This document shows, in pieces, positions 62,645 to 64,000 of a stretch of 64,000 nucleotides of DNA. The number at the start of each line of letters is the position of its first letter. The stretch's first letter is position 1. Origin of the DNA: Vicugna vicugna (taxonomy: Eukaryota); the NCBI GenBank assembly GCA_013265495.1, contig MU058815.1, forward strand, positions 752,523-816,522. Reading direction: 5' to 3'. The translations under genes were made by a program, and so were the position numbers. A model generated the notes under the pieces. That model was given only the letters and a program-made list of their open reading frames with translations, had not been told where the DNA came from and searched no databases.

Positions 62645-63039
62645 AAGAATTTGCTATCTGACTCCCAAGCCCTGATAACAGTCAGTGAAGAAGGGGGAGA
62701 AGGAGGAAGAAGATAAAGTAAACAGAGTATGCAAAAAAAATTTTAGGAAAACCCTCAACGATTTCCTAAGAAGCTTAGAATAACACCTGACTTTGTTAAC
62801 CATGGATGGCAAGGTCTTGCCCGTGGGTCCCTCTCCGCCTTGCTCTCCTGACAGTCTCTCCCTGATCACCAGTGCAGACCACCCAAGTCTCCCTGCTGTT
62901 TCTCTAAAATGAAAGTACTGGGAACTTTGCACTTTCTGTTCCCTGGACCTGGAACGCTTTTCCTCCAGCTGTTCCTTGCTATCAGGATCAACCCGGATCT
63001 GAAGTAAGATTATATGGCCTTTAAAGTTCATCTTTCAAG

Positions 63040-63520
63040 TTTGTAATAAAAGCACAAGCCCACTAATAAAAGAAAATGGGGAGAAATATGAATAAATAAC
63101 TTAGACAAAGATAAATAAAAAAATTAAATAAGCAAATGAAATAGTGTTTATCCTCACTAAATAGATCAATTTATGAAACATGTTATAGCTAAAGTTAACT
63201 CCAAAATCAATAACTTCAGTGTTCATTTACCCTTCTAAGTCAACGATTTCAATGTTACAGTGAAACTGGGTTATTCATGTCCCACTGGCGGCATCTGAAA
63301 TTATAAATTTTTGGAGGCAGAAATTAGTTGGCAATATATATCTCAAAAAATATAAAATGCTTAAAATCTTTCACACTGAAAATTTACTTTTAGAAATGAT
63401 TCTGAGAATGTCAACCTCCATGTATTGTCTGTAGCATTAAAAATATAGCAATTCAAATATAATACAATAATTAAATATATGGTAGTTGAGCAACAAAATT
63501 ATACTATGTATAGCAATAAA
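63040..63520 (+). mobile_element. Degraded ancient L1ME fragment
   Basis: aatagtgtttatcctcactaa; aaatttttggaggcag...ttggcaatatatatc; aatttacttttagaaatgattctgag. Confidence 0.6.
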
Positions 63521-63529
63521 ATGTTAACT

Positions 63530-64000
63530 AAGGTCAAGATGGCAGAGTGGTAGGACCACAAACTCGCCTCTCCTCGTGACTACAGTAAAACCACAACTGA
63601 CTGCTAAACAACCATCAAAAAAAAAAAAAAAAAAAGACTGGAACCTAGGAAAAAAGATCTTCTTCAACTGGAAACATAAAGAGGAAACCACAGCAGAATG
63701 GTAGGAGGCGGGTGCTCATGATGCAATCAGGCCCCATGCCCTCCTGGGTGCGCAACCTACAAGCTGAAGGATAGTTAGGTTGCAGATGCCCTCCCGCAGG
63801 AGTCAGAGCTCTAAGCCCACATCAGGCTCCCAGCACAGGGTCCTGGCACTGGGAAGAGGAGGAGACCCAAGGACAGCTGGTTTAGAAGGCCAGCGGGGCT
63901 TAACTCCAGGAGCCCCATGGGACTGGGGGGAACAGGGACTTCATTCTCTTGGGAAGCACACACGGAATCTTGCACGTGCCTGGTCCAAGGGCAGAGGCAG
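63530..64000 (+). mobile_element. L1 5'UTR (internal promoter); element continues beyond the window
   Basis: Starts with a YY1-type caagatggc (63535-63543). Then aactcgcctctcct...aaaaccacaact...aaagactggaacct...gaatggtaggaggcg...agccccacatcaggctcccagc, resembling cetartiodactyl L1 5' ends. Confidence 0.8.

Noticed and set aside
1..64000. CRISPR arrays, operons or other prokaryotic/defence-type systems
   Set aside because: The sequence is mammalian, with no regularly spaced repeat-spacer array and no gene-dense segment.

Overview
Mammalian genomic DNA, most likely camelid, because four tRNA-Ala-derived SINEs match the Camelidae Vic-1 family as I recall it. The window is repeat-rich and looks intergenic or intronic. 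I found no intact protein-coding exon that I can identify. It opens inside a disabled, intronless TM9SF3 processed pseudogene (C-terminal CDS plus about 1.65 kb of 3'UTR). It then runs through about 55 kb of LINE-1, L2, MIR, MaLR/ERVL/ERV1 LTRs and MER5A, and reaches a CpG-island promoter-like region at about 58.0-58.6 kb whose gene I cannot name. It ends in the 5'UTR of an L1. I did not find a new biological system. The most unusual items are retrotransposition structures readable in the sequence. One is a 5'-inverted L1 carrying an LTR-less ERV internal fragment with its own 8-bp duplication. Another is an inverted U2 snRNA fragment fused to an L1 5' truncation point. There is also a 43-bp micro-L1 with a perfect 20-bp TSD, a SINE dimer bounded by a single TSD, and a triple-nested L1/LTR/LTR. 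Repeat family names come from recalled consensus sequences, not a database search. Boundaries without a TSD are approximate.
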